Source: an uncultured virus (IMG/VR IMGVR_UViG_3300042397_001048) (taxonomy: Duplodnaviria > Heunggongvirae > Uroviricota > Caudoviricetes > Crassvirales). Taken from it: 64,000 nt of DNA. The stretch lies in IMG/VR virus record IMGVR_UViG_3300042397_001048. One strand, given 5' to 3'. The notes below the pieces were generated by a model. The model did not search any database, was not told the origin of the DNA, and saw only the letters and a list, made by a program, of their open reading frames with translations. Below are positions 29,852-39,868 of this stretch, piece after piece. The translations under genes were made by a program, and so were the position numbers. The first letter of the stretch is position 1. Every line of letters starts with the position of its first letter.

Positions 29852-32713
29852 ATGAAGCAAGCATACGTATTATACGCAACTGAATCATACGCAGAAACAG
29901 TAGAAGCATGCGTAGAGTCATTAAACTACTATACTAGCATTCCAACGCTAGTATACATGCTAAACTCGGATAGGCAGATTAAGAACGCAACCTTTACCAT
30001 CAGGTGGGATTGCGATGCCATTAACCCGGATCAGACTGAGTACATCGACAGGGCAAGTCTTGACATCTACAAACTTCTTATCCAACGTCCACTCATTGTG
30101 GCTGATGCATTAAAGTACGCAGAGACCGTAGCTTACATAGACTCTGACTCAGTAGCAACTAAATACGCATCAACTATTTTTGACATGTTCGATGAGTCGT
30201 CACATATCCCCTACTTTGTGGAGGGCATCTATGACTACTTGCATGTTGGCGACAGGGGAGGGGCTGAGAGCAGAGATGACCTGAGCACAACACTTGAGCA
30301 TCCTGCATGCGAGCTGTTCGGTGTGGACCAGTATGTCCGTCAACGCTACAGACAGACGGGGTACTTTGTTGCCAATAGAAACTGCATCATATTCTTAAGA
30401 GAATGGTATAACATGTGCATGCATCCAGTGGTGCTTGCCATGAACGACTTCTATGCTCCGTACAATGAGGAGACAATTCTGAACGTACTATTATGGAAGT
30501 ACAATTTCCATGATGGACTGCCATATATCTACGTGAACGGTAAGCAGGACATGGTCGACAGGGTAAACAGCATGGACATATTCACAGGCTCAGACTATAT
30601 GATGGGCAGTTGGGTTAGAATACCTGCAAGTAAAGAAAGGCTACTATTCTACCATGGAGAGAAAAGCTATGAGAAGATGGTGCAGATGATTAGTCCAATT
30701 AAAATAATGTATCTAGTGCCACACCTTTCTACGGGTGGCATGCCTGCATTTGTGCTTAAGACACTAGAAGCATTGAATGGTAAGATTATACCATACGTGG
30801 TTGAGTATACTTGCTACAGTTTAGACTACGTCGTTCAGCGTAATAAGATTAAAGAAATTGTAGGAGAAAACTTTACTACGCTGTATGAGGATAAGACGTT
30901 GCTATTTAAAGCGATAAGTGACTTCAATCCTGACATCATTCATCTGCATGAGCCTGCTGAACGGTTTGACCACAGCATCATGGCTAAGTTGTATAGTAAT
31001 AACCGAGACTACAGAATAGTAGAGACTTGTCATGACATCGCATTTGATCCTATCAAAGAGACGTTGTTCCATCCTGACTCGTATGCATTCTGCACGCCAT
31101 ATCATTACAAGACATTTGAGAGTTTGCCATCTTACAAACAGGTCATTAATTATCCTATTGACCATAAAGAAAGAACTATTCTACCAACGGGCAAAGACGT
31201 GTTAAATGTTGGGCTATGGACACCAGGCAAGAACCAAGCAGAGGGCATCGAGATAGCAAGAAAGTACCCCGAGTTTACATTCCATTTTGTTGGCAACCAA
31301 GCAGGTAACTTCAAAGAATACTGGGAGCCATTGATGCAAGACTTACCTAAGAATGTAATTGTGCATGGAGAGCGAGAAGATGTGTCAGACTTTATGTTTG
31401 GTGCTGACATCTTTATGTTTAACTCTACGTGGGAATGCAATCCACTTGTACTTAGAGAAGCGATTGGTTACGGCTTACCAATCATTGCTCATAACCTGCC
31501 ACAATACTGTGGTATATACGATAAGTATATACAGCCCATTGACACAGACCTTAGAACAATCAAAGCAAATTACGAGAAGCCTAAGTATAAGACAACTTAT
31601 ATATTTGGCATTGAATACTTAGGCTTTTACAAGGATACATTGAACAATAAGAAAGAGGACCAAGATGTGACATTAATACAAAACTTTATTGATGGTCCAT
31701 ACTTAGAACTTAAGTCACCTGTAGAGTTTGACTTTAAAGTTCAGTTCTTTGATGAGCATGGAACGTGCCATTACGAGAATATAATTAAGTCTAACTCATG
31801 GGTAAAACTTAATCGGAAATATTTTACCGAATGGACAATTAAAGTATTTGAGAATGATGAGCTCGTATACGAGAGCACGCTGTCATATAAAGACAAGAAA
31901 GTATTAATCTCATTTGACTCGTCGTCACTTGGAGACACTCTTGCTTGGATGCCATACGTGTTAGCGTTCAAAGAAAAGCACGACTGCCATGTGGTGGTGT
32001 CAACATTCTGGAACCATTTATTTAATTATCCTGAGCTTGAGTTTGTTAGTCCAGGCACGGAGGTGAACGGCATATCAGGGCAGTATAATCTTGGATGGTT
32101 CTACGACGAGAACAAAGAACCGGTCATGCCTAATACGATACCACTCCAACAAGCAGCAGCAAATATATTGGGACTTGAGTTTGAAGAGCTAAAGCCACGG
32201 ATAAAGTTTAAGAAACGCAAGAACACATATGGCAAGTATGTGACGATTGCTACTAACTCAACGGCAGGCTGTAAGTTCTGGACACGTGAAGGGTGGCAAG
32301 AGACAATTAACTATCTACATGCACGTGGGTATAGGTTGATTAATGTGTCTAAAGAAGATAACCCATTTGACAATTGCGAGAAAATTGACAACGTGAGCAT
32401 TGAGAATACAATGAGCGTTATATATAACAGCGAGTTCTTTATTGGACTCAGCTCAGGCTTGAGCTGGCTTGCGTGGGCTTTAGATAAGCAGGTGGTGATG
32501 ATAAGTAACTTCACTAAAGATGACCACGAGTTTGACTGCATACGCATAACAAACAAGAGCGTGTGCCATGGCTGTTGGAACAACCCTGAGCATAAATTCG
32601 ACCGTGGAGACTTTGATTGGTGCCCCGTAAATAAAAATACTCCTCGACAATTTGAATGTCAAAGGAGTATCACTGCTGTTGATGTAATATCAGCTATTAA
32701 ATATTACTTCTAG
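29852..32713 (+). CDS. Tri-domain glycosyltransferase: GT-A (DXD), GT4-like and TibC/Aah-like protein O-heptosyltransferase
   Basis: YIDSD; KNQ...FNSTWECNPLVLREAIGYGLP; SLGDTLAW...FIGLSSGLSWLAW...CHGCWN...WCP...FEC. Confidence 0.85.
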   Translation: MKQAYVLYATESYAETVEACVESLNYYTSIPTLVYMLNSDRQIKNATFTIRWDCDAINPDQTEYIDRASLDIYKLLIQRPLIVADALKYAETVAYIDSDSVATKYASTIFDMFDESSHIPYFVEGIYDYLHVGDRGGAESRDDLSTTLEHPACELFGVDQYVRQRYRQTGYFVANRNCIIFLREWYNMCMHPVVLAMNDFYAPYNEETILNVLLWKYNFHDGLPYIYVNGKQDMVDRVNSMDIFTGSDYMMGSWVRIPASKERLLFYHGEKSYEKMVQMISPIKIMYLVPHLSTGGMPAFVLKTLEALNGKIIPYVVEYTCYSLDYVVQRNKIKEIVGENFTTLYEDKTLLFKAISDFNPDIIHLHEPAERFDHSIMAKLYSNNRDYRIVETCHDIAFDPIKETLFHPDSYAFCTPYHYKTFESLPSYKQVINYPIDHKERTILPTGKDVLNVGLWTPGKNQAEGIEIARKYPEFTFHFVGNQAGNFKEYWEPLMQDLPKNVIVHGEREDVSDFMFGADIFMFNSTWECNPLVLREAIGYGLPIIAHNLPQYCGIYDKYIQPIDTDLRTIKANYEKPKYKTTYIFGIEYLGFYKDTLNNKKEDQDVTLIQNFIDGPYLELKSPVEFDFKVQFFDEHGTCHYENIIKSNSWVKLNRKYFTEWTIKVFENDELVYESTLSYKDKKVLISFDSSSLGDTLAWMPYVLAFKEKHDCHVVVSTFWNHLFNYPELEFVSPGTEVNGISGQYNLGWFYDENKEPVMPNTIPLQQAAANILGLEFEELKPRIKFKKRKNTYGKYVTIATNSTAGCKFWTREGWQETINYLHARGYRLINVSKEDNPFDNCEKIDNVSIENTMSVIYNSEFFIGLSSGLSWLAWALDKQVVMISNFTKDDHEFDCIRITNKSVCHGCWNNPEHKFDRGDFDWCPVNKNTPRQFECQRSITAVDVISAIKYYF

Positions 32714-33105
32714 ATTTCTACCTCTTCCTCAGGCTCAATAGTAAACTCTACACCGTTCACCCAACCATACAAAAATGTATATTGGTCAAGCTCAGATGGC
32801 GAGTTAATTTGAATTGGTGTATAGTCAAAATCAGATAAGAACAATTCCATTAGTTCTTTATCACGCTTGTGTGCTCCTTCAGCAGTATACTTATAAGCAT
32901 TGTTCTCATCAACGATAAGATTCTTGTTCTCATCAACACTAGCGTTAGATAATAAAATCCATTCTCTCTTGTCGTTGTAGGAGTCAATGTACGGCTTAAG
33001 TAGGTCACCAATTTTTGTTAACTTCTTTTGGCCAATAGTTTTGCCTTGTTCGATAGATTGGTTAAGGTAGTGAACCAAACCTAACAGATCACGATACTTT
33101 TTCAT
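32710..33105 (-). CDS. Hypothetical protein
   Basis: 131-aa ORF with an upstream TAATTTTG box at 33133-33140. Confidence 0.65.
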   Translation of the reverse strand: MKKYRDLLGLVHYLNQSIEQGKTIGQKKLTKIGDLLKPYIDSYNDKREWILLSNASVDENKNLIVDENNAYKYTAEGAHKRDKELMELFLSDFDYTPIQINSPSELDQYTFLYGWVNGVEFTIEPEEEVEI

Positions 33106-33163
33106 GTGTATAGTTTATTAAATTTTACAATACAAAATTACTAAAAACAATTAAAACTCCTAA

Positions 33164-33526
33164 TTAAATAGGAGCTTCGGTTGTTGTTGTAGTTGTTGTT
33201 GGCTCAGGCTCAGGTGCCCATGGTAATGGCAACACGATGACTGGCGGGTTGATTTGATTATCAATATCCTGCTGTAGTCCTGCATCGATAGATGGTACGT
33301 CTAATCCTGCATCCAACCAGCCACATACTTGGTCAAACGTCAAATCAGGATAGGCTGTAAAGTCTGTCTCAGATGGAGTTTGGCATCCCATTGTTCCGTA
33401 AGAATACGCTGTGTATTCTCCATCTACTGCTGTGCGGCCCCAATGAACTACAATAACCACGTCCATTAAATTTCCTTCTTGAGGTACTGTATCGAGCTGA
33501 TATACGCTCCATGTAAAATTTGTCAT
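33164..33526 (-). CDS. Tail-fibre-associated protein with a Thr-rich C-terminal tail
   Basis: FTWSVYQLD...VVIVVHW...F.AY.DLT...V.GW...LPW pattern; ends EPEPTTTTTTTEAPI. Confidence 0.65.
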   Translation of the reverse strand: MTNFTWSVYQLDTVPQEGNLMDVVIVVHWGRTAVDGEYTAYSYGTMGCQTPSETDFTAYPDLTFDQVCGWLDAGLDVPSIDAGLQQDIDNQINPPVIVLPLPWAPEPEPTTTTTTTEAPI

Positions 33527-33545
33527 ATTTATTTTTGTTTTAAAA

Positions 33546-34604
33546 TTATACTCCTATGAATCCATAAATAGTCCAAAGGCTACTACCTGCTATATTTGCT
33601 GATGGAGCCGCATAATTACCCCCAGTATCATATGCTCCAAGGCATCCTCCTGCAGCTTTTGCTCCAAATGCAATATTCCAATATACTTGAACTTGGTTTA
33701 GTCCACCATCTCCGTGGCAAGTAACTAATCTAATTTTTGCATTTGAAGTTGTAGGTGGAATTATTTCAATATTTCCAAACACAGTTAATCTACTATTGGC
33801 TGTAGTTGTATTAATGCCGACATTGCCTGCGGAGGTTATACGCATACGTTCAAATGAATTTGTTCCATTTGTAGACGTGTAAAATAATAAAGAATTTACA
33901 GAATAATCATACCAAATTCTACCTAATCCATCTCCGTTTGTACCAGCGTCAAAAGAAAGTTTTCCTATACCAGAAGAACTACCTCTTATCATTATTCCAT
34001 TAGTACTTGTTTCAACACCAACTTGAAGTTTGTAATCTGCACTATATCCACCATTAGGGGCTGATCCGATTCCAACTACTCCTGTAGAATTAATCCGCAT
34101 ACGTTCTGTATCACCTGTAACAAAAGTTAATGGATGAGCTGTTGCAGAACCTAACACCATCAATGAATTTGCTCCATCGCTATAGTAATGTCCTCTTACT
34201 GTACTTGTACTGTTTCGTAATACTAAAGCTGCGGTATTTGTACCAGTCGATGATGCTATTGTAACTGTTGTGCTACCGTAGTTATTTGGAGAATCAGTTC
34301 CAATGCCTACTAATCCAGTAGCAGTTATCCGCATCCTCTCGGCAGCATTAGTATAAATCATTAACGGCAAGTTTTCTTGCTGGCTTATGATACCATTTCC
34401 TGATGCATCAATACCTACCTCAAATCCGTCTGTCGCAAGAACACCTGTAGTTGTGCCTGCTGTGAATTGCAAATAGGAAGCGGTAGCGTTTCCTCTATCC
34501 ACAACAAGAGCATTTGCTGGAGTAGTTGTCCCGACTCCTACATTTCTTGACGAATCGACAAATATCCCATTAACTAAATTTCCTAATTGAGTATTCTTTG
34601 ACAT
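33546..34604 (-). CDS. Tail fibre protein with ERMRI/GNVGIGT repeats
   Basis: Three ERMRI..G.VGI[GN] shaft repeats. Confidence 0.8.
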   Translation of the reverse strand: MSKNTQLGNLVNGIFVDSSRNVGVGTTTPANALVVDRGNATASYLQFTAGTTTGVLATDGFEVGIDASGNGIISQQENLPLMIYTNAAERMRITATGLVGIGTDSPNNYGSTTVTIASSTGTNTAALVLRNSTSTVRGHYYSDGANSLMVLGSATAHPLTFVTGDTERMRINSTGVVGIGSAPNGGYSADYKLQVGVETSTNGIMIRGSSSGIGKLSFDAGTNGDGLGRIWYDYSVNSLLFYTSTNGTNSFERMRITSAGNVGINTTTANSRLTVFGNIEIIPPTTSNAKIRLVTCHGDGGLNQVQVYWNIAFGAKAAGGCLGAYDTGGNYAAPSANIAGSSLWTIYGFIGV

Positions 34605-34605
34605 A

Positions 34606-35886
34606 TTACTTTGCTTTTAATAATTCTATTTCTTGTTTAGCGGATGTTAAGTCGGCTGAGAGTTCTTGGATGGCTTTAGTTAAAGCCGCAATTAAAGGCA
34701 TTTGGTTAAGTCCGATAAATGTACCACTGCCATCTTCGCTCTCAGAATAAGCCTGAGGAATTAATTCTTTTACTTCTTGTGCAATGAATCCAAGTTCTTT
34801 GGGCGACGAATCATCATCTGTTTTTAAATGATATAATGTAGGTTTTAATTGCATTACTTCGTTTAATCCAATATTAGATTGCTCAAAGTTTTTCTTTTTA
34901 TTAACGTCAGAAATGGCGGTATATACACCTGATGCAGCTGTAATTCTTCCTGTTGCTCCGTAAGATGTATGAAAGAAATACAAGTATGTTATATTCTCAG
35001 AATACCATCCCATCATATCTGCCGAACTTCTTGACTGCGTAAATAAGCCAGCTGAGACTCCTCTTGAATTAACACCACCATAACCAGAAATATCTCCATT
35101 AACTTGTAGATTTCCAGTAGAGTTGTCCGTTGTTGTTCCAATTAAGACTTTCCCTCCACTCGTAATCCGCATACGTTCGGTATCGCTTGTTGAAATAGTT
35201 ATAGGCTGATAGCTACCATTAACATTATATGTACCAGAAATGTTTATTCCACTTGCAGTTGGATTTATAATTAATCTAATATCGTTTGCATCAGATAATT
35301 GAAATGACGAAACACCAACAACAGTAAATTTATTTAATGGAGTAGTAGTCCCAATCCCAACATTCCCCCCACTCGTAATCTGCATACGTTCGGCATCATT
35401 AGTAACAAAGGCTATACCGTGATTCGAAGATGTAGCTACATATAAAAGGCCATTTGGATTATGAGCTCTAATTACTCCATTTACACTTGTGCTTTTAAGA
35501 TTTAATGTTCCATAAGTTGAACCATTAATTTGTATTTTAAGGTCTCCTGCATCGATAACAGGCACGCCTCCCATACCAATACTATTTGTAAATGTAGTAA
35601 TTCCATCTGAAGCGATTCTAAAACGAGCAATACCCCCAGTATAAATATCAAAAGGAATAGCAGCTGTACCCCCTGCTATTATTGCAGCATCTGTATTAGA
35701 CGCATTAAATGATAAAAAGCTTGCATTTGCATTAGTATCGTTGATTCTAAATGCTATTGCAGAATTACCATTATTCGAAATAGTTAATTTGTTAGTTGGC
35801 GTCTCCGTCCCTATCCCCACCCTGCCATTAACTACATCAGCGGTGAGGACATTGGTTAAACTATATTGATTCGATATTTTTGTCAT
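34606..35886 (-). CDS. Tail fibre with a C-terminal intramolecular chaperone (peptidase S74)
   Basis: SDVNKKKN, GFIAQEV and LIAALTKAIQEL motifs, plus shaft repeats. Confidence 0.9.
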   Translation of the reverse strand: MTKISNQYSLTNVLTADVVNGRVGIGTETPTNKLTISNNGNSAIAFRINDTNANASFLSFNASNTDAAIIAGGTAAIPFDIYTGGIARFRIASDGITTFTNSIGMGGVPVIDAGDLKIQINGSTYGTLNLKSTSVNGVIRAHNPNGLLYVATSSNHGIAFVTNDAERMQITSGGNVGIGTTTPLNKFTVVGVSSFQLSDANDIRLIINPTASGINISGTYNVNGSYQPITISTSDTERMRITSGGKVLIGTTTDNSTGNLQVNGDISGYGGVNSRGVSAGLFTQSRSSADMMGWYSENITYLYFFHTSYGATGRITAASGVYTAISDVNKKKNFEQSNIGLNEVMQLKPTLYHLKTDDDSSPKELGFIAQEVKELIPQAYSESEDGSGTFIGLNQMPLIAALTKAIQELSADLTSAKQEIELLKAK

Positions 35887-35897
35887 AACTATTTATT

Positions 35898-38800
35898 TTA
35901 TACTCCAGCTCCAGAGTTTAATGTGATGTAAGAAACAGATGTATTCAAAGACGAACCACTTGCAGATTGAGATAAAACTAAGTTTAATCCAGATACCGAT
36001 AACGAAGTTTGCGAACCTGCGCCACTTGCTAATACAAACAATGTACTTCCAAATCTATTTCCTACCAAGGCATAACCTACTTGTGAAGCATTACCTCCAA
36101 CAACATAAGATACTAAGTACATACCTGATGCAAGCGGAGGCGTAAAGATTGTTGTTCCACCAGGTGCTACAGCGACTGTACTATTATTGCTGTAGAATGC
36201 TCCGCTAGTATTTAATCTAACGTCACCGTTAGCTAAAATCCGCATACGTTCGGTATCGTTAGTATAAAATGACATTGGATAAGCACCACCACTATAAACA
36301 ACTGTTGCGTATCCTGCACCTGTAAATGCTCCACCTGTATCACTATTTCTTCCAAAATATGAATCACCACCTCCATTAGTTGCAACAAATGCTGCACCCG
36401 CACCTGAAATGCTTGATGTTAATTTTATTCCACCTACTGCTGAACTAGTTGTATTTACATGAAGTAATGAACTTGGAGAACTAGTTCCAATACCTACGTT
36501 GCCAGCGGCTAGAATCCGCATCCTCTCAGCATTATTAGTCTCTAAAATTAACGGATGGTTTGTTGTTGTTGAAACAAAGCTACTAGATGTACCAGCTATT
36601 AATCTAACTTTTACCGTGCTATTTTCTGCAAACAATTCTGTTGTTGTAGATGAATTAACATAGGCTCTAACACTACCTGTTACTTCTAATTTAGTTGCTG
36701 GAGAAGCCGTCCCAATTCCAACATTAGTCCCATTATCAAATATTTGGCTATTCCCAATCGTACCACTAGCAGTAAACTTAGGCACATAGTTTGCCGTACC
36801 ACTTCCTGACACACCATTAATTGATGAGTTGTACCTGATGGCTTGAACTTGATCCCCAACCACCGAAGCAACTACCAACACAAAGGTTGTGCCGTTCGTC
36901 GCTGTCACCTCAGCAGGTGTAAGTTTTGAACCGTTGACATACACATCTAGCAAGCCTACTGTGTAGCCTCCACTAACTGTGAAAGTAGTCTGAGCAGCCG
37001 TTGCTGTGTAGTCAAAAACATCTCTAGATGTAGGCAGTGCTGCGATACTAGAAGTATAGTTTAGGACAGTCACCGCATCGTTTAACAATGCAGGTGTGCC
37101 CAATACTACCGTCGTGCCGTTGGTCGCTGTATAGTCAGTTGGCAAAAGTCGTGCACCGTTAATGTACACGTCAATAAGACCGATGGTATACCCACCTGTA
37201 ATGGTGAACGTCGTCTGCCCTGCTGTCGCTGTAAAGTTCTGCTCAACACGAGTAGATGTGCCTGCTAGTCCACTTGTACCTGAGGTACCTGATGAACCGC
37301 TTGCTCCACTTGTACCCTGAGCTCCTGACGTACCTGATGTACCTGATGTACCACTAGCTCCACTTGTTCCTTGAGCACCTGAGGTTCCCGAGGTTCCTGA
37401 GGTTGATCCAACCGACACACCAATTTGTTTAATGTTGGTAATGATAGAAGGTGCTGCTGGGTGAATACTATTTGCTGCAATAGCAGTTATTTGTACGTTA
37501 GCACTTGTTGATGAGAAGTAAACCTCATAGTAGTCATTAGCAGTTGCACTATCTAAAATAGATACAAATGGTAATTGTTTAGCTGAGTTAGAAACTAGCC
37601 CTATAACAGAATCGGTTCTAATAATATTAGTACCATTTTTCTTTAACCAAATATCAACATCAACAGCTGAACCGCCAGATGTTTTTTCTAATTGAAGAGA
37701 ATAACCAATCTCATATATACCTGTATGTTGAACGGTAATTTGGGAACCACTAAATACAATACCATTTGATAACTCAACATTAGTATATGTAATAGCTGTG
37801 GCTGTGCTTGCTCCTGCAACTGCTTGCGTTGCTGTACTTGTAAACGCACCATACCAGTTAGCAATTGCTGCTCCTGATGAACCGTCAATACCATTACGCC
37901 CTGATGTACCTGCTGTACCTGCAGTTCCACTTGTCCCTGATGTACCACTTGTTCCATCTACACCACTACTTCCACTTGTTCCATCAACACCACTTGTACC
38001 ACTAGTCCCTGATGTTCCTGTAGTACCAGATGTACCACTAGAACCTGAGGTTCCTGTAGTGCCTGATGTTCCTGATGTCGCTGATGTACCACTTGTTCCT
38101 GTGGTTCCTGACGTACCACTTGTACCACTTGTTCCTGTCGTTCCTGACGTACCACTCGTTCCACTCGTTCCATCAACTCCTGTTGTGCCTGATGTACCAC
38201 TTGTGCCACTCGTTCCTGAGCTACCGCTCGTTCCTGTTGTACCACTTGTGCCCGACGTGCCTGATGTAGATGATGAGCCACTTGTACCTGACGTACCCGA
38301 TGAACCATCGCCACCACTTGCACCATCAAGGTTTACTGTCCATAAACTATATGTGCCACCTCCAGCAGTTCTTGTTGGTGCGGCAAATTGTAAAGCACCC
38401 GTTGCTGGATTATAAGCAATAACCTCGCATTCTTGAAAGTTACTCGCATCATAAACAACAATGATAGACTGAGCTGCTGTGTAAGCCAATCCCAATCCTA
38501 CAGTTATCGTACCTGCATTACCTAAGGTAAATGTAGTCGTTGATGTGGTCGCATATCTATCACCGGTATTACCTGATGAGCCTGATGTTCCTGACGTTGC
38601 CGATGTTCCTGATGTACCTGTCGTACCTGAGGTCGCAGACGTACCTGACGTACCCGATGTTCCTCCTGTACCATTTGTACCCGATGTTCCTGAGGTTGCA
38701 GATGTACCTGAGCTTCCACTCGTACCTGAGGTACCTGTGGTTCCACTAGTTGCAGATGTACCACTTGTTCCCGAGGTCCCGCTTGTACCTGTTGTACCTG

Positions 38801-39389
38801 AGGTTCCTCTTGTTCCCGAAGTACCGCTAGTGCCTGTCGTACCACTTGTTCCCGATGTGCCTGAGGTACCACTTGTCCCTGCAATAGCAGAGAAAATACC
38901 AAAAGCAACAGGGTCATTTCTTTGAATGACACTATTGTTACCATCTAAAAATGTTAATGTCAATAAATAGAACCACCCATCTTGAACTACCGCATCTACT
39001 CTGTAGAATGCGTATAAACTAGGGCTTTGTGGGATATGAACTAATAAAATTTTATTAACCCATTCGTTCTCAATAAATGTCCCCGGTACAGTGTTAGCAA
39101 GCGTTAGATTAGATACTCTAATCACGCCACCAAGTCCTGTTAAGTTAATGGTATTGTTAGTCCAACCTACTTTCTCAAATGTCATTGATGACTGAACAGC
39201 AGGAGCCAAATCAGGGACAAACTCCCATGAGAAATACCCTGTATCAATCTTTGATACCCTATTGTAATAAGATGCTACTGCATCGGCTGTAAAGTTCTTG
39301 GTAACATCGTTATTGTTAGCGTCTGACCCAATCCATCGGTCGTTTCCGATAACATATGTATCATTAGGGTAAGATGAAATTCTTGCCAT
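35898..39389 (-). CDS. Long tail fibre/virion protein with (Gly-Thr-Ser)n tracts
   Basis: Three GTS blocks, two [FY]TATA.QTTFT..GGYT.GL.DVY.NG repeats and C-terminal ERMRI repeats. Confidence 0.85.
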   Translation of the reverse strand: MARISSYPNDTYVIGNDRWIGSDANNNDVTKNFTADAVASYYNRVSKIDTGYFSWEFVPDLAPAVQSSMTFEKVGWTNNTINLTGLGGVIRVSNLTLANTVPGTFIENEWVNKILLVHIPQSPSLYAFYRVDAVVQDGWFYLLTLTFLDGNNSVIQRNDPVAFGIFSAIAGTSGTSGTSGTSGTTGTSGTSGTRGTSGTTGTSGTSGTSGTSATSGTTGTSGTSGSSGTSATSGTSGTNGTGGTSGTSGTSATSGTTGTSGTSATSGTSGSSGNTGDRYATTSTTTFTLGNAGTITVGLGLAYTAAQSIIVVYDASNFQECEVIAYNPATGALQFAAPTRTAGGGTYSLWTVNLDGASGGDGSSGTSGTSGSSSTSGTSGTSGTTGTSGSSGTSGTSGTSGTTGVDGTSGTSGTSGTTGTSGTSGTSGTTGTSGTSATSGTSGTTGTSGSSGTSGTTGTSGTSGTSGVDGTSGSSGVDGTSGTSGTSGTAGTAGTSGRNGIDGSSGAAIANWYGAFTSTATQAVAGASTATAITYTNVELSNGIVFSGSQITVQHTGIYEIGYSLQLEKTSGGSAVDVDIWLKKNGTNIIRTDSVIGLVSNSAKQLPFVSILDSATANDYYEVYFSSTSANVQITAIAANSIHPAAPSIITNIKQIGVSVGSTSGTSGTSGAQGTSGASGTSGTSGTSGAQGTSGASGSSGTSGTSGLAGTSTRVEQNFTATAGQTTFTITGGYTIGLIDVYINGARLLPTDYTATNGTTVVLGTPALLNDAVTVLNYTSSIAALPTSRDVFDYTATAAQTTFTVSGGYTVGLLDVYVNGSKLTPAEVTATNGTTFVLVVASVVGDQVQAIRYNSSINGVSGSGTANYVPKFTASGTIGNSQIFDNGTNVGIGTASPATKLEVTGSVRAYVNSSTTTELFAENSTVKVRLIAGTSSSFVSTTTNHPLILETNNAERMRILAAGNVGIGTSSPSSLLHVNTTSSAVGGIKLTSSISGAGAAFVATNGGGDSYFGRNSDTGGAFTGAGYATVVYSGGAYPMSFYTNDTERMRILANGDVRLNTSGAFYSNNSTVAVAPGGTTIFTPPLASGMYLVSYVVGGNASQVGYALVGNRFGSTLFVLASGAGSQTSLSVSGLNLVLSQSASGSSLNTSVSYITLNSGAGV
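37255..38883 (-). repeat. Gly-X-Y (GTS/GTT/GSS) triplet repeats in three blocks
   Basis: Blocks at about 38560-38883, 37870-38330 and 37255-37405, with 9-nt periodicity. Confidence 0.95.
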
Positions 39390-39406
39390 TTTTTTTTCTT
39401 TGGTAG

Positions 39407-39868
39407 TTATTTTACAAAAATACTAACTTTCTCTCTAATATATAAAAATGACAAAACACCACTTATAGCCATAAACCAAATTACCCATTTAGGAATCTCA
39501 TTTGTACGTATAACTTTTTCACTCTTGTGCGTACTAGTTGTTGATTTAGATTTATACTTATCTTGGTATACAGACTCAATAGAATCAATATCCACTGTGG
39601 CTTGAATCTTGCCCTGTACGGAACGAATTATTATCTTGCCTTGTGGTACCTTAATCTTAGTATAAAAGTTCGCTAAGATGCCAGAAGAGTCGCATGGATT
39701 ATCTATGGTCAAAGTGTCATGAACAGCTTGGAATTTTGTAATTACTTTGTAATCACGTACGGTATCTATACGTACAATTTCTTTCGTAGTCGTTACAGAA
39801 TGTAACGGTTTGCAAGAAAACATTAATGAAATCGACAGAATGCCGAGTAAGTATTTTAAATTTTTCAT
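39407..39868 (-). CDS. Lipoprotein with a C-terminal TM helix (unimolecular-spanin-like)
   Basis: Signal peptide with lipobox LMFSC; C-terminal WVIWFMAISGVLSFLYI; follows the endolysin. Confidence 0.6.
   Translation of the reverse strand: MKNLKYLLGILSISLMFSCKPLHSVTTTKEIVRIDTVRDYKVITKFQAVHDTLTIDNPCDSSGILANFYTKIKVPQGKIIIRSVQGKIQATVDIDSIESVYQDKYKSKSTTSTHKSEKVIRTNEIPKWVIWFMAISGVLSFLYIREKVSIFVK

Noticed and set aside
37688..38944. Long alternative-frame and antisense ORFs (VPLVP.., QVHQ..)
   Set aside because: They are by-products of the stop-free GTS repeat periodicity. The same applies to 12231-12512 in the PTS region.
33546..39389. Diversity-generating retroelement acting on the fibres
   Set aside because: No reverse transcriptase and no adenine-mismatched TR/VR pair were seen in the window.
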